Made by a program: the position numbers and the translations under genes. A stretch of 64,000 nt of DNA from Isurus oxyrinchus (Eukaryota), in NCBI GenBank assembly GCA_026770705.1, contig JANJGN010000049.1, positions 2,914,001 to 2,978,000 of the forward strand. The letters run 5' to 3'. Positions 13,607 through 28,699 of this stretch are shown one piece after another. A model generated the notes under the pieces. The model was not told the DNA's origin. It ran no database searches and saw only the letters and a list, made by a program, of their open reading frames with translations. The stretch's first letter is position 1. Every line of letters begins with the position of its first letter.

Positions 13607-14518
13607 TGTTACTGTGGGATACGTTAAAACAGGCTCATGTCTGGGTGCATGTGTGCTCTGTGTGTCTGGCTAATTTCATTAATGTAGAAACCAGTAAACA
13701 GCAAGGCTTAAATTATCGTTGGAGTTATGCATTAGAAATTGAGATAATAAACTTGGTTGAGGTCTCAGCAGAGATGGTGTGAATGAAATTTCATTTTTTA
13801 GATGGGTGCAAATGTTGTTTGATTTTCCGTGGGACGTGGAAAAATGTTTGCAACTGGAAAGTTAAAACTGCAAAAGTTATCACAAAAACTTCTCCCAAAA
13901 GTGGCGTTCATAATGATAGCATGAAAGATTATTATATTTAGGTAAAAGTAAACTTCAAAAGGCAAGTTGAAATAATTGGATTTGCCGGCAAAAAAGGGAG
14001 AAATATATTTAAGGAAGGATGCAAGGCCGTGTGAAGTGTGGCCATGTGAAATCTTTGAATGTGCACCGTCTGAAACAAATGTGGGGGAAGAGCCTGCAGC
14101 CACCCTGCAGCTGTTTACTGCTCCAAGAACCAAAGTTGTGTTGAAAGCCTTTGGAAGCCCTTTGCCCAGTGGGTGCTTGTTGTGATATTGCTACATGACT
14201 TTATACATTATGAATCTATTTGGAGTCTTGCCTTAAATCGGCTGTGTAATTGGGAGACTGGTTAAGTAGAAATTTTGGGAACTGTTGTAATTGCATTACT
14301 GTAATCTTGTGTTTACTGAGGTTTATGTCTTATTTTGTTAATCAATGTTTTAACTTCATCTTTACATTATCCAAAGGTTGTACTGTATTCAATACTTCAT
14401 ATTTTCATGCATTAGGGTACGCGTAAGAAATAGAAATTGCAAAATCGTTGTGATAGAATGGCCACGATTCTCTTGTGGATTTGGTCAGACTGGCAAATAC
14501 CACTGCCATATCATAACA
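13607..14518 (+). mobile_element. Probable solo LTR inserted in a LINE 3' fragment
   Basis: TG...tcataaCA termini. The flanks 13480-13560 and 14519-14900 join into the same LINE 3' end seen intact at 24640-25190. Confidence 0.5.
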
Positions 14519-15559
14519 CCTCCACCATCGACTCACAGCAGCGGCAATGTGCACCACCGACAGGCAACATTGTTACAACTCACCAAGGTTCCTTGGCATT
14601 AACTTTCAAATTTGCTATTTCTACCAGTTTGAAGGACAGGGGCAGCATGTGCATTGGAACTCAAGCATATCCAATCTCTCCTCCAAGAGACACAACATCT
14701 TGCCTTGGAACTATACTGGCCTTTCTTTCATTGTCGCTGCGTTAATATCCTGTAAGTCCCTTCCTAACAGCACTGCAGCTTTAGCTACATCACATGGACT
14801 GCTCTAGTTTATGAAAGCAGCCCACCAGACCTTCACAAGTGGCAATGAGCGCTGAGCAATAAATGGTGGCCTGGCGTGGGACGCCCACATCCAGAGAAAT
14901 AATAAACAAACCAAGAAGAGGATTTACATACGTGGCCCACTCAAAGGCGACATGTTCATATAGTAAATCGGGCTTCGTGTCACTTCCAAAAGTGTAGGTG
15001 CCTGCCTGGGGAGCGTCATAACTTTTAAGATACGGATTTTGTTAACAGTTATAAAGTGGTTAATAGGCGTGTTCTTCAACTGGGCAATGTTCCAATCATT
15101 CACGGCAAGCAAAGTTCCATTCACATTTCAGAAAGGTTTTCCACCAGATATTGTGACTGTTGCATGTGGATCCTTTTTCTGAATTTTTATTGAACCTGAG
15201 GGCCACAAGTCACAGCCAACACCATCTGTGGAAGATTAAACATCCTCCTGGAGGAGAGTGATTGATATTCGTTCTATTCTACCTGATAAGCTTCTTTCCA
15301 TGTTTAATTTTGTAAAAGTTTGTTTCCTGTACTTCTTTCACCCTAAACTCTAGGAATAAGGTCCGATCTATTTGAGTTTGCAAAAGATGCTCAGATTGTG
15401 AAGAATCCAAGGGTAAAAAAAGATTGGGATAATTCTAGACATGATATTGAGCTACATAGAATTGCGTTGCTATTAAAACACAAAAAAAAAATCATTCATC
15501 CCAAGCGGTCGATGGCCACGTTTACACCTATTTAGAGCACCTCTCCTTCCTCACTTTTA

Positions 15560-17600
15560 TCTATCTGCATTTTATTTCCACGACTTGTTCCCACAATCCG
15601 TAACCTCCCTGCAAATGTCCATTGAATTCGCCTCAAACAATCATTAACACAGAAACACAAGGTCAGAAGAAGGAATTGGTCATTCAACCCCACAAGCCTG
15701 CTCCATCAATCGACAAGGTCATAGCTGATTTGATTGTGGCCACAACTCCATTTCCCTGCCTGCCCCAATAACCTTTTGAATCCCTTTTCGATCAATAATC
15801 TGTCTAACTCCGTTTTGAGTACATGCAATGAACCAGCCTCTACTACTCTCTGGGGAAGAGAATTTCACATACTAACGAAGCTGAGAAAGGAATAACAAAC
15901 TCCTCACGCCAGTCTTGAATGGAGGACTTCTAGTTTGTATCTCGGTTATACATATTGTGGTAACCAGACCCACAATTTCAACACTCACTGAGTAAAGCTT
16001 TTTTTTTTCTCTGATCCCTGTATGAATTATTATATTTTGAGTAAATGGGTAACATTAAATTTAAGTTGAAAAATATTCTCTGTACGGTGTCCATTAAAGC
16101 CTTTCAAAATTCTAAAGAGCCCTCGCTGTTTTTTATTCACTTCTAGGAAAAATCAATAGAGCCAGGCTCTTCATATACTTTCCTATTTGACATTTCTTGT
16201 ATCAACCTGTAAATCTTTGTTTGCACGCTCTCCATACCATGTCTGTCTCCTTATGATATGGCGACCAGGTGCGCACATAGCACCACCAGTCTGTCATAAG
16301 AAAAGTTGCTTTCAGATTTTGAATACATTTGTTACTTTGAAATCATCTTCCAGCTGAAATTGCTGCGAAAACGTCCTTTCTTTTCTTATGGTTTCATTTG
16401 GTTATTTCATTCTACAGGGTGACTTATTAACTTGCTCCCCCAGACACATTTTGACTGTTACCGAGCTTACATAGTATTTTCCAAGAAAAGTGCCACCTTA
16501 TTATTTTCTTAACAGATTGAAGGACATCATAATTAGCTGTGTTAAAATTAACTTGCCAATTACATGCAATGCTACCCACGTTTGTTCATGACTTTTTGAC
16601 ATTCCTTGCAGCTATCCGCTGCATTCACAATCTCCCCAATTTTCATCGTTACCAATTTTGCAAATTGTGCTTTTGATACTGAAGACTAGACAATTACGGA
16701 AAGGCTGGAACAACGGTTTCCCCAGCATAGATCCTTGAGGGAGCCTCTTCCCAACACCTCAGACTTATACATGCTCTGGAATTTCTGCTTTGCATCCACC
16801 CAGAGATCTATTATCCGGAATGTCCCGTGACATCCCGAGTTCAGAATATATTCACTGGTGTGTCATGAAGTACCTGATAGAAGGCCTTTTGGTAATCGAG
16901 ATAAATTACTTCCAAGTAACTTCTCCACTCTGCTTGTTTCCTCTTCAAATACGTCAATGTGTTTGTTCAATAAAGGTGTTCCCTTTCGAAATCCAGTTTT
17001 TTATTAATGCAACATGTTTCTCTTATTCCATTACACACCACCCACATCATCTCCCCGCCCCTCGTCATTTTCTCATTTAACAATGGTTTCAATATTTTCC
17101 CCACTGCTACTATGTTAAAGTGACTGATCCGTTGTTCTTAACATGGTGTATGTGATTGTTTTTTTTAATATAGACATAACATTAGCTATCAAGAAATCGT
17201 CTCGCACATTTTTTGCACCAATGAATTTTTAAATATTTCCAATAGTTCTATCTCTTTCCTAGATTGTTTAAAACTGCTTAGACAGACTCCAACTGCATGA
17301 GGTGTTTGCTTCACTTTGTATTTGTTTTTGTAATTTAACAGCATTCTTCTTATTTTCAAAGTTTCGACATAATTTTTAATTGCATTGTTTCATGTCATTT
17401 CCACCTTATTTCTTTCGGTGGCAAACACGGAAGCCAAATACTTGTTTCATGTTCCTGCCACTTTGCAGCTGTTTTCTGAGATTTTATCCTGTGAATCCCT
17501 TAGTGAACCTGTTCCCATCGATAATTCCTGTACTCTAATATTCTTCTTGATCATTTAATTCTGTTGTTCCTTTATGTCTTCTGAATGGTCTTTTCTGCCC
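15560..17600 (-). mobile_element. Decayed CR1-type LINE fragments
   Basis: Antisense similarity to CR1 RT and 3' regions seen elsewhere in the window. Confidence 0.5.
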
Positions 17601-19219
17601 CAATCTTCAAGACCAGGGTCTTCGTATTCTCTTTGTTATTATCTCCGCCGCTGCCCATGTACATAGTTATTTGAGTTAAGCATAAGCAAATTATTCTTGC
17701 ACATTATATTTCAATGATTAGCAGACAATCTTTTACAGTCATTCATACAACTGCCCAGTAGACAATATTTTACACTCATTCATATAACTGTAGTGTTATT
17801 AACGAAAGTGTGTTTCAACCAACAAATACAGTAAATGAAGATGATGGCACTTCCTGCAGATAGAAAGCCTTTCTTCTGCCATGACCCTAGATTGCATGTT
17901 GTCTGGAGAAGAATGAACAATGAAATAAATAAAACATGCATCTTTCTGAAGTAAATGGAAGCGGACTGAAACAAACTGAACAACAAACTGCATGTCTGGA
18001 GTGAGGGAATAGAGAGTTGTATATCCACGTGTACCGACGCCACTGTTAGCCGATACATTAATGTCGATGGAAGCAATATCATAAATACATGTATATGAAA
18101 GAAGGAATTATTATCTGTATTTCCACTAGGTCTCACAAAAATATATTTTGGGCAGCGTTCATTAATGTGGCCATTAAAAATCTCGAACGTGGTGCCCAGA
18201 GGGGAATAGAAAATTATATTTCAGATGAAACAAGCAAAACTTACGAAGACAGTTGACCATAATGTTGAACAGGATAAAGTAAAGGGGAATTAAATGGCTT
18301 GGAAATTGGACAGACAAGCGGCAGATGAAATTCACTTGAGGGAATGGCAAAATATTTCCCATGAAGTGTAGAAATCCCAGAAGAGACTTGGAACACAAAG
18401 GTAAAATAAGTCACCATGCCTGTAAAATGGGACCTTTATGTTTTCGGATTGACAACAAATTGAAGTTATCATAACAATAACTATAAGAATCAAATATTGA
18501 AGTCCATTCAGAGTTCAACATTGAAGCGAGATAATGACATATTCCAGACAGATTATGAGTTTTGTATGCAATGGATTTTAGATTAATGTGCAATATTCTG
18601 TACATTACAACAGATTGCAGCTACTGAATCAAAAAAGAAGAGAGTAAGGAGAATAATTAAATAGATGGATTTGTTTGACTTGGAGGAAATCAAATGCAAA
18701 TTGAAGATGCTCTTCTTTAAAAGTGAAGTTCGAACAATGACATAGATTAAGTTTTTTTAACATACTAATGGGACTAGTTCAGGTGAAGCTCTATAGGCTT
18801 AGCCCAACAAAAGAACGGGAGTGCACGGACAAACCTTGAATGGGGCAAAATCGAAAATAATCTTCTGTAACAATATTTGACCAAGCACTCTATATTTGGA
18901 GCAGCATGTATGGAAATACAATGCTAGCAGTTAATATTGATTCTGGCAATGCAAATTAGGCACACTCCATTCAGAGAATACAGTTTTGGGAATGAGCGTG
19001 TGATTAATTTGAGACATGAAATGTGATAAGTACAGCCTAGCCTGGGCAAAGCAGCGAGCTTTGGCCATATGATTCCAAAAACTCTCCAGCGCTGGCACTT
19101 TCTTGGCCCAATGATTCAGAGTGTTGCAGGCGATGTGGTAGAGATTCATTTCTGGAATTAGTCAACAGCTGAATAACAGGAACCTCAGGATCGTGCAAGC
19201 GAAAGCACCGGAAGTATGT

Positions 19220-19442
19220 ACAAAAAATGTTTGCAAAACTCAGCAGTTGTGACAGCATTTGTGGAGACGACAGAGTTAACATTTCGATTCTGTATGATTC
19301 TTCTTCAGAGCTCTGAAGAAGTTATATGGACTCGAAGCATTAATACTGTCATTCTCTCCTCAGATGTTGTTAGACATGCTGAGCTTTTCCAGCATTTTTT
19401 TGGGCTTCAGATTTCCAGCACCTGCAGTGTTTTGCTTTTATC
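19220..19442. mobile_element. Palindromic Penelope-type repeat with hammerhead-like core
   Basis: Inverted arms around a perfect centre ttcttcagagctctgaagaa (19301-19320). CTGAAGA...CGAAA on the minus strand and a degenerate version on the plus strand. Confidence 0.7.
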
Positions 19443-21619
19443 ACCGGAAGGATAATGCTTGATAGTGCAGTTAATAACATGAAGTAATGTGATACATTAT
19501 TTTTCCGATATATTTTTGTTTATTTTTTGTGCCCCTTTTAATTTGCTGTTGTTGTAATAATTGCAGGAACGATAGAGTAGCAGATTAATTGGATGATGAT
19601 TTGTCTTTTTCGTGCAACAAATCCTCTGTTACATGTTTATAGACATAGTGGTATGCCTGTGGGGGCACAGCCCAGTGAAAGAGAGCCAAAGCATGAGGAA
19701 AGTAGGTCCTCAAACTTCAAACATTCACCGACACTTAAGGTCCAAACTGTTCCCAGAAGGGTGAGTTGGGTCAATTCACTAAACAGCTAAACTTTGGCAT
19801 CCACTGACAGTCTGAGGTCGAAATCCACATCTCCCACATTAAAACATAAATGCTCAGGTGTAATTGGGGATTCATAGGAATGCATCAGGCCTGAGTCTAA
19901 CGGGCAAGACAACTGGAAACTAACTGACAACTGGCAAAAGCATTGAATGGGCACGGCGTTTATTAAATTTTCTCAAACTCACATTTGGTCAGGATCACAA
20001 AATGAGAAAAGATGTAGCTGGGAGGAAAGTCCGTGTCTGACGTGGATAGAACGAAGATCTATGGTGAACTACAACTTTAAATTAATGTTTAATCTAATTA
20101 TTTTTGTCATTTAACTAATTTAAGAATTAGATGCAGCGAATATTTCACCCCATTCTTTAACTCCTCCCTGAGGTTTTTTTTTTCTGAGGCCCTGCATAAA
20201 TGAACGGATTTATGCAGCTACTCAAGAGCTGAAGCATATATCCATTTTCCTCCAGAATGAATGCAGACTCACTGTAATTTGAACCTGAGAAATAAGTGGC
20301 ATTTGCAACTCGGACGTAGAGGATGGTTATAAAAAACAATAAGTATAAAATGATGAAACTGCCTGAAATGGCTAAGAGTAAAATAGCGAAGCCTCTTTTG
20401 GGCTCTACTGGCCAATAGAATATATTAACGGTCAGAGCATTCAGCAGTAAAATCTGAATGACAGGAAGGCAAGGGGTTAAATTACAGTAAATCCAGTGAA
20501 ATGCAACCCATCCAGCTGAGGTATAGAATGTTGATTTTATACCGCAGAACCAAGGTACATTGTTAATTATGGTCAACGGTTCATGCATAAAATCAAGGAA
20601 AGGATTTTTGATGCAACCCAGGGCGCACACAATCATTATGACTCGGGCCCTGTCCTCTAATTGCAACATTTGATTTTAAACTGGTGGCTGTAAATGCCCA
20701 CAAATTTATCAAAGGTGAAAGCCACCATTAACCAAGCGGTTAATAGCTGCAATGGTTACAACAGAACAAAAACTGCATTCTGACGTGATGGGCAGGAAAC
20801 TCAATGGGAAATAGATACGAGCAATCCGGTTCAATATCACAGTGCTGATAATGAGCAGGAGGTCAGTCACCGCCATAGACACCAGGTAGCAGGTGATGCA
20901 TCTGGAGAGGCCACATCTTCCTCGACATAAGATCGCAATTACTGTTAAGTTAGCTGTAACAGAGGGGGGCAAAGTGACTTTGGGAAAAAAAATGACTATT
21001 AGTCTGGGCGAGAATGAGAAGAAAGAAATTTCCTGTGCCAATGCCCTGAAAAATCATCTGAATTGACAGGTTCTGTTAACATTTTCCAGCTTTGTTACGG
21101 GAAAAGAAAACTAGCCTTTAATCTGAGGGCACTTGTTCTTGTGTTTAAAATAAATATTTTGTTTCAAAATAAGACATGTCAGAAACACCAGAAAGTGGTG
21201 TAAAAAATGAAACGTGAAGGGGAAGAAGAAAACCACGAAACATGTCGAATCCAACACAGGAACATACTATAAATCAAATAAACAAGAATAAATACCACAT
21301 CAGCAAATACCTGCAGACGATATTTAAGGGTTACTGAGCAGCGAACCAACAAAGGTTGTGGCAGCTAATTTGAAAATGGGTTATATATGAGGTTGTAAAT
21401 GGCACATTTCTAATAAACTAGTGTAATATTACTCATTGTTACAAAATTCCGCGTCAACTTGCTCAACATATTTTCAGACAGAAAGGAATGATTGAACAAC
21501 AGGTATTTCCTGAATTTGTGGAACAGATTTATTTTTTCAAGGCTGAACTGATACCACCAAATCCTCTTCCCTATAGCAAGCTGGGATTTCCGTGTTTATC
21601 TGAGCGAGGTCCATGCAGG

Positions 21620-23950
21620 GAAGCAGTGGAACTTGTATTTCAAGCCTCTTAAACTGAATAGGCAAAGCATACAAAATAGAATTGATGGATTCGTGGCAAA
21701 GAGAGAGATACATGGTTCTGATCTATTCAACATCACGGAAGGATGTTTCATGTTGAGCAATGTTGAGGAATTAATATGCAAGTGTGCACAACACTTTCAA
21801 GCATCAGACAGAATGGAAAAGAAGGAGGGGTAATCCTGTTAGTAAAGAATGACATAGCACAGTAGCCATGAAGGAGCTTTGTTCAGATGAAAATGAACTA
21901 AAATCAGTATGTGGAGAGCTGGAATGCACTAATGACTTTCGACAATGAGCCGGACCTTTTAATTTGTATTAGATAAAATTCAATCAATCGATATGCAGTA
22001 ATTGTGAGGATATTTAGCCTTGATATAGAATGGAACAATCGATTTGGCAAGTTTGGTCTTGAAGATAAATTCTCAGAATATTATCGTGACAGTTTCCTGG
22101 AGCAATATTTCGTGCAAACAACTGGATAATAAAGCGATATTAGATCTAGAATTGTGTTAGGAGGCAGAGTTAATTTGTTGTCATATAGCAGAATATTCGC
22201 AGAGAAATTCCAAATATAATACAAGTGAATGACATGTCAGGTTTGAAATGACATTCTCTAATTGCAACACTACAAGGTTTAATTTAAATTATGGAAATTA
22301 TATCGCTTGAGAGGTGAACTGTCTCATGTTGAATTGACAAGTAGACTCAAAGGTATGGCATGAAATAAACATGTGGAGACATTTCATGAAATAATTCAGA
22401 ATGTTCAGCAAGAATAAAATCCATTAAGAAATAAAAACTTAGCGTGAAATATTCACCTGTGTCTTAGTCTCTAAATTATGGATAATGTGTGACCTGAGGA
22501 AAATACTTACAATGTCCCAAAGAGTTGTTGCAAGTCTGAGGATTAGAAGCGTTTCCGATATCAGCAAATGAACGACAATAAGTTGCTAAAAAGGCTAAGA
22601 TACATTTTAAAAGAGTTAACTGGCCAGGAATGCAAAAACAAAAATAAGTTTGTGAGAGTTTTTACAGGTATATAAAAGGGAGCAGAGTAGCTGAAATAAA
22701 GGTTGATCCCGTCGAAAACAATAGGCAGTAGGAATCTTTATGCAGAATAAGGAAATGGCATAAGCTATGATCAATAATTTAATGACTGCCTTCACTGTAG
22801 GTGACAAATTTGTCATTCTTGTAAGATAAGTAAAACGGGGAAATTAAGAAAATTATTATCAACTGATAAAAATTATTCTAGAAACTCAATGGATTAAAAT
22901 CCGATAGACCACGAGCACCTGATTTTCTCTATCCTTGTGTTCGAGAAGAGATAGCTGCAGAGAAAGTCGATTGGGCTGCCTAGTATTTTTGAAATTTCCC
23001 TGGATTCTCGGTCAGTCCCAGGTGATTGTAAGTTAGCAATTATAACACTGATATTCATGAAAGGTGCGAGAATAGTCATAACTAAGATATTGTCAAATTA
23101 TAGTTTTTGTCAAATGGGTTGATGCAAGGCACCATGTTTGTTCCTCGATTATTAGTAGTCTGTAATGATGACTTAGACGAAGAGACAGAGATCGATGCAT
23201 GTAGGTTTACAAAAGATACTAGGCTAGTAGAAATTTAAGTTTTAAGAAGGACACAGAGAAGCTGAGTTTTGGAGACTTAGATAAGCTCAGTGACTGGAAA
23301 ACAATGTGGTAGAACGAGTGGAAAGCGGCGAGGTTTCAGGTTATTCACCTGGGTATTAGGAATAGAAAAGGAGGATTGCTTTATGGAGTGGAGTTTGCTA
23401 CTTGTTGATGTTCAGAAAAACATGGGTGCCCTTATACACGCAACATAGAAAGTTACAATGCAAATACAGTTAATTGCAAGGTAATTGGAAGGCAAACTTA
23501 AAGTTGGCCTTTATTTCAAGGGTAGTGGAGTACAAGTATAAATATGCCTTCGCACAATTGCAGGAGGCTTTCGGGCACCAGAGCTGAAACGTTGTATGAG
23601 TTCTTGTCGCCATATTTAAGAAAGGATACATTTGTAGGATACAATATAGCAAAGGTTCACTTGATTGACCCCCGAGCTGAGACGCTTTCCTCTGATGAGA
23701 GGCTGGCTGGACCGATGTTCTCTGGATTTCAGCAGAATGGCGGTTGTCTCATTGAAACATGCAAGGCTCCGAAGGGCCTTCAGACAGTAGACACCAAGAG
23801 GCTGTTTCCAATATCTGAGGAATCTGAACTACAGGGCAGAGATTCGAAATAACGGGAAGGTCATGTAGGATGGCGATGACAAGAAATGTTTGCACTCAAA
23901 TATTTGTAATTCTTTAGACTACTCAATGCATGAAGGTTTTGGGTGCACTT
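21620..23950 (+). mobile_element. Degenerate CR1 LINE ORF2 within intron of copy 2
   Basis: Endonuclease-like start (DRxxKKGG-like), RT-flanking motifs and a CR1 3' end (LIETCK...RLFP). Confidence 0.75.
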
Positions 23951-24629
23951 ATAATTGGGGGAAAATTCATTCATAAACAATTCCCTGTTACATTGAGCAT
24001 ACTTCTTTAAGCATTTCGATACCTAATTAAATCATTTTAACAATTCAATTAATGATTTTCACTCGGCAACTGTTCTATTATTCAGTGCTCAATTAACAAT
24101 GAATGTTTTCTAGGAAACATTCTGCAACCATCAGTGTCAATAACACAATAGAACAGCAAAAAAAACATCCATAGTATCATTGACAAATTCACGCAGTGGT
24201 AACATTGGGGTACTTCATCCCTGATAGCAATATAAGGAATTTAATAAAGTTGCATTTTCATCACAACACTGTAGAACCCCTACTGTAACAATGCTAAAAA
24301 CATATAGGATCTAAATTCTGACCGAGATAACATTTTCGTTATTGAGCAAACGTCACAGTCTGAACAGCAGATTGACATCTATATACTATGGTGAAGATGT
24401 GATGGTTCAGCAACAGAAACAGTGAAAGTTGCATGTTAAAGCTACATTTAACACGCTAGCAATGTGATATTTCACTAAAAGTAATAGTGCCAATAAATAA
24501 CTGAACTGACCAGCTGCTTATGCTATAGGCATCCTGTAGGATTACATTGAGCAGAAATTGACCTGGTGCAGTCATATCAATCCAGTTTGTAGAAGGATCA
24601 GATGCTAAGAATCATGTGGCTAGTAACTT

Positions 24630-25190
24630 ATGCAAAGCCTGTCCACAACCTACAAGGCGCAAGTCCAGATTTTGATTGAATATTCTCCACTTGCCTGGAT
24701 GAGTGTAGTTCCAACAGCACTCAAATTTAACTCATTTGGCAACATGCAGGACAAAGCAGCCCGCTTGTGTGGTACCCAGAGCGCTCACATGCACTCCCTC
24801 TACCACAGATACAAATCTGCAGCAGTGTGTGCACCATCTACAATGTACACTGCAGGAACTCACCAAGCCACGTTAGACAGCACCTTTCAAACCCACAAGT
24901 GCCATCAAGAAGGGCAATGGCCGCAGACATATGGAATACCACGACCTAGAATCCAAGCCCCCAACCCCTAAGCCACTCACCGCCATGACTTGCAACTATG
25001 TCGGCGTTCCTTCACTTTCATTAGGCCAAAATCCTGCAACTCCATCCCGAACAGATTGCGGGTGAACATACACCACACAGACGGTAGCAGTTCAAGAAGG
25101 TAGGTCACCAGGACCTTGTCAAGGGCAATTACGTATGGGCAATAGATGCTGGCCTCGTCAGCCACGCTCGCCCTCCCGTGAAGGAATAAT
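24630..25190 (+). mobile_element. CR1-group LINE 3' end (second family)
   Basis: LSTTYKAQVQILIEYSPLAWMS...QDKAARL; the tail is shared with 14519-14900. Confidence 0.7.
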
Positions 25191-25675
25191 TAGGGTAAAT
25201 GTCGTATTTAGTAGGGGAAAATACACTATTATATGCAAAGAAAATCTATAACGGTAAAGGGATTAAACGTCGCAGTTAAATTTGAGAGATTACAACATAA
25301 ATGACGACAACCTATGTCAGTAAAAGCAAGAATTTATATCGTTAAAACAGAGATTTCATGCTGATGGAACAAGCCAGAAAATCAATATTGGAAAGGAGGG
25401 CAATTTGCAGCAATTCAAATGGAGAAATTCTCCAGTTCAAGGAGCTAATATGCTGAGCAGACGTGATACCATGGAATAGTGCCGCTGGTAATTGACAGCA
25501 GTAATGAAGCTAATGATTCCTGTAACTAAAACTAAAACTCAAGTACAATACTTCACCTGAAACCCCGAGAGCTGCAAGGACAGGGTAGTGAATGGCAAAC
25601 AGCAGGCCCTTTGGTGATCCATGCATTTCTGACGGAATCGCTCAAAGCGTTGAGTATTCAGTCAAAGTTTGTCAA

Positions 25676-25712
25676 ATTTATATTCATTTTCAGGCTCCAG
25701 GGAGATGATGAC
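25676..25712 (-). promoter_or_regulatory. Conserved proximal promoter of copy 2 (O/E-like site + TATA)
   Basis: Minus strand reads TCATCATC-TCCCTGGAG (25703..25695) ... TATAAAT (25682..25676), ~50 nt before the ATG. Confidence 0.5.
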
Positions 25713-26899
25713 ATGATTTGCATTTTTTTAACATTTATTGCGCTGAAGTAAACAAACAGATTTTTTGCAGCTGCTGTCGGACCCTTGTTTATTCTTTGAT
25801 GCAATTGAATTTTTTTTCAAGGGATCTCACACGGCTCTAATTGAAATTCTCCTGGGCGGCAGCACAATTCTGGTGACATATTTATTTTCTAAAAAGAAGG
25901 AAAATCCAAATGGGCGCCTGCAATGGTGAAATTGCGCATTAAGCGGGAGGAACTCGGGTCCTGAACCCCTCAAAGCTGAGGGTGAGAGAGTGAGATAAGG
26001 AAATGCTCCTGCACCTGTGATGCCCAGGCCAGTAACCTGTCGATATGGGAGACAAAACCCTGATGATAGATGTCAAAATTTGAATTGAATTAATAATACC
26101 TGGCATTGAAAGCTACTCAGAGGTATTGGCGGCATTAAAGCCATGACCTATTGCTGTAAAATCCTATATGGTTCGCTAATCACTTCCCCTGAGGGAACAA
26201 AACCTGCCACCCTTAGCCTACATGTGACTCTTGACCCACAACACTGCGGCTGACCCTTAATGGCCCTCTTATTTTACCAGAAAGGCGAAAGTATCAAGGG
26301 CAATTAGGGATGAGCAATAAATTCTGATCTTGCTAGCGATGCCAGCAACCGATGAAACGAAAAAGAAAGGAAAGTTGTTTCAGCAGAAGGTATAGCTGAC
26401 GAGCAGTATCATTTACCTAATGGAAAACGCAGCCAAATTCACCTTCCTGGTCATTATTCAGTCCGTGTGACCATGGATCAACACAATGTGGTTCCAAACT
26501 TCTCTGTGACTTTGCACACCCTGTAGCAGAACTGGTTCTGGACTCATTGTGGGCAGATCCATTTAATTACCACTATTTTCGGCGTTCACTGACCAGTTCT
26601 GCATTAGCTCTTTGATTCCGGTCATTTCCTGGTCATTGCTGATGTATTCAATTTGCACAGCCCCAGTTCCTGGTGATCACGCTCTTTTCAGTACATGTGA
26701 ATTTGTTATGACGATAACTCTTTCAACATTGCTGCATTCAGGTCTTGATCACCCTCTTAAAGTTCATTGCAAGCTGGCTAAGGTCGGCATATATGGATTT
26801 GGTGTGCACAAGCTGAAATATTTGCGGATACATTCACTATGTAATGCTTCATCCCAGCAGATTTTCATGCATTAAGGAGCTGGTCTATTTCACCATGCT

Positions 26900-28070
26900 T
26901 AAAATCAGTATGGAGAGTTCCAATTAACATTCAGTTAGGGCAAATAGATTTCAGAACAGGGAGTTTATAGTCACAGCAGAAAAGTCCAGCTCGGCACGGA
27001 CAAATTTGGAGCAAGTTCAGCAAGGTAAAAGTCATTGTGGACTAATCCCGTTCAGCAAGGTGACTTTTCAGGTCGACTGGAATAGTCCAGTTAATTTATT
27101 TACAGTGTTAAAATAAATCATATTTGTTCAATACGATTTCACCTTGCCCTACCAAGACTAGCATGCAGCGATTGCATTCAGTGCATGCAGTTTCAGTTTA
27201 GCACGGTAACATTCAGCCTGCACAGATCGAGGTCCAAAAAACCATGGCTTAAGTCGATAGGATCCTCTTCAATAATGTGATAAACTCTGCAAGCCACGAA
27301 AAGCCTGCAGTTTTGAGAAATGCCTAGCCAAAGTAAATTTAAGATAATTCTAGAAAACTGGTTTTAACTGGATTTCCTGCTTTGGAATTCATTTGTAAGA
27401 AGTGATCGGCTAACCTGCTGTTCCACTGGAAATGAAGTAGTCCAGCCATTGTTGGTCCACATTACCACGTCCTTTAGCTTTGTTTTTTACCATCATCCAC
27501 TTTGTTATTAATCTCCCCTGCATTCCACTTCATCACACAACTTCCACTTGTGATATTCCCTTCCCACTCCCACCCTTTGACTGCCTAAATAATGCACTTA
27601 AACCTGTTACGTTTCTCATTTATTGAATCTCTGATAAACAATAATGGAACTGAAACGTCAAATTAGTTTCTGTTCACAGAAGATACCTGGTCTCATTTAT
27701 GTTTCCTGGATTTTGTTTCTCATATTATTGCATGTGGCATGGCAACATTCAGTGTAGAAATGACTAGATAGAGAAGGCTATATTCCAGCTGTTAGGCTCT
27801 AAACTCTAGCCTTCAGCGGGTTAGTCCAATTTAGTTCCATTCAGTGTGGACATGCCATGCCTGCCTATAGTGAATGTGCAACGGTACGGTTGTACCGCTT
27901 TACATTTAGTGGGCAATAATCTTTTCAGCATGGCTGTGTTTGGTACTGACTGCTTCACACTGACGTCCAGTGGAGACAGGCCCAACTGAGCATTTTTCAA
28001 ATTGTTTTGCACCAGTCCAGGTTAGTTGGATAGGAACGTTCCATTCAGCATTTTACGTTCATAGAGTACA
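26900..28070 (-). repeat. Degenerate ~35-bp minisatellite upstream of copy 2 (interrupted)
   Basis: Units such as tttcagtttagcacggtaacattcag (~27191) are the reverse complement of the 34.6-35.0 kb unit. Confidence 0.6.
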
Positions 28071-28699
28071 GGTGAAAGCCCCCATTTGCCTCGTCGCACA
28101 AAAACTGGACTTCTGGAGAAAACAGGCCTTAACATAAAAGGACCTGATGGATAATGCCCATCCTCTGAAGAGGGTTCAGAGGAGCAATCAGAGGACGAGT
28201 TGGAGGAGCCAGAACAACTGGCAGCAGATGCCGAGCGGCAAATTGACTGAAAGACCCGGGAGTGTTGCGCGCTGAGACACCTCAGCCTTAGAGTGTAGCA
28301 GACATCTGTAGAAAAAAAATAAATCGTGTTATGGATCTTTGCTGTGTCAATGCAAATTACATGACCAAAAAGGAAGACCATTATTCATACGTCAAATGAA
28401 ATCCAAAGAAAATTGAGCGCCTCTGGGGTAACAAAGGCTTACAAGTTACTGCCTAACAGCCACTCAAGCCAGTATGCTTGCCTGAAACAAGTCACTTAAC
28501 TTAGTTAAACATTTAGTCTTTGATAAAGAGAATCAATAATTAATGTTACATACCAATGGTTGGGGGGATATGTGACACCTTGGAGGCCAAGGTGAAAGCA
28601 TTCAAGTTGCAGCCCTGTTTCAACCAACTCTACCACCACCACGCACAGCAGGTATGGATACAACATTCTCGTACCGCTGATTTGATCAAGTAACAACAT

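Larger units (their letters stand above)
20107..25626 (-). pseudogene. GPR139-like class A GPCR pseudogene (copy 2); exon 1 25626..25557, exon 2 20953..20107
   Basis: Exon 1 MHGSPKGLLFAIHYPVLAALGVS+G|gtgaag; acceptor ttacag|CTAAC. Contains RGRCGLSRCIT, TDLL and MLQLLSSCINPFIYAG. Frameshift near 20735, DRF>DKF, ICL3 deletion near 20390 and a frameshift in a homopolymer run at ~20175. Confidence 0.9.

Noticed and set aside
20170-20185. Homopolymer frameshifts in copies 2 and 4 as sequencing errors hiding intact genes
   Set aside because: Both copies carry additional independent stops, deletions or frameshifts.
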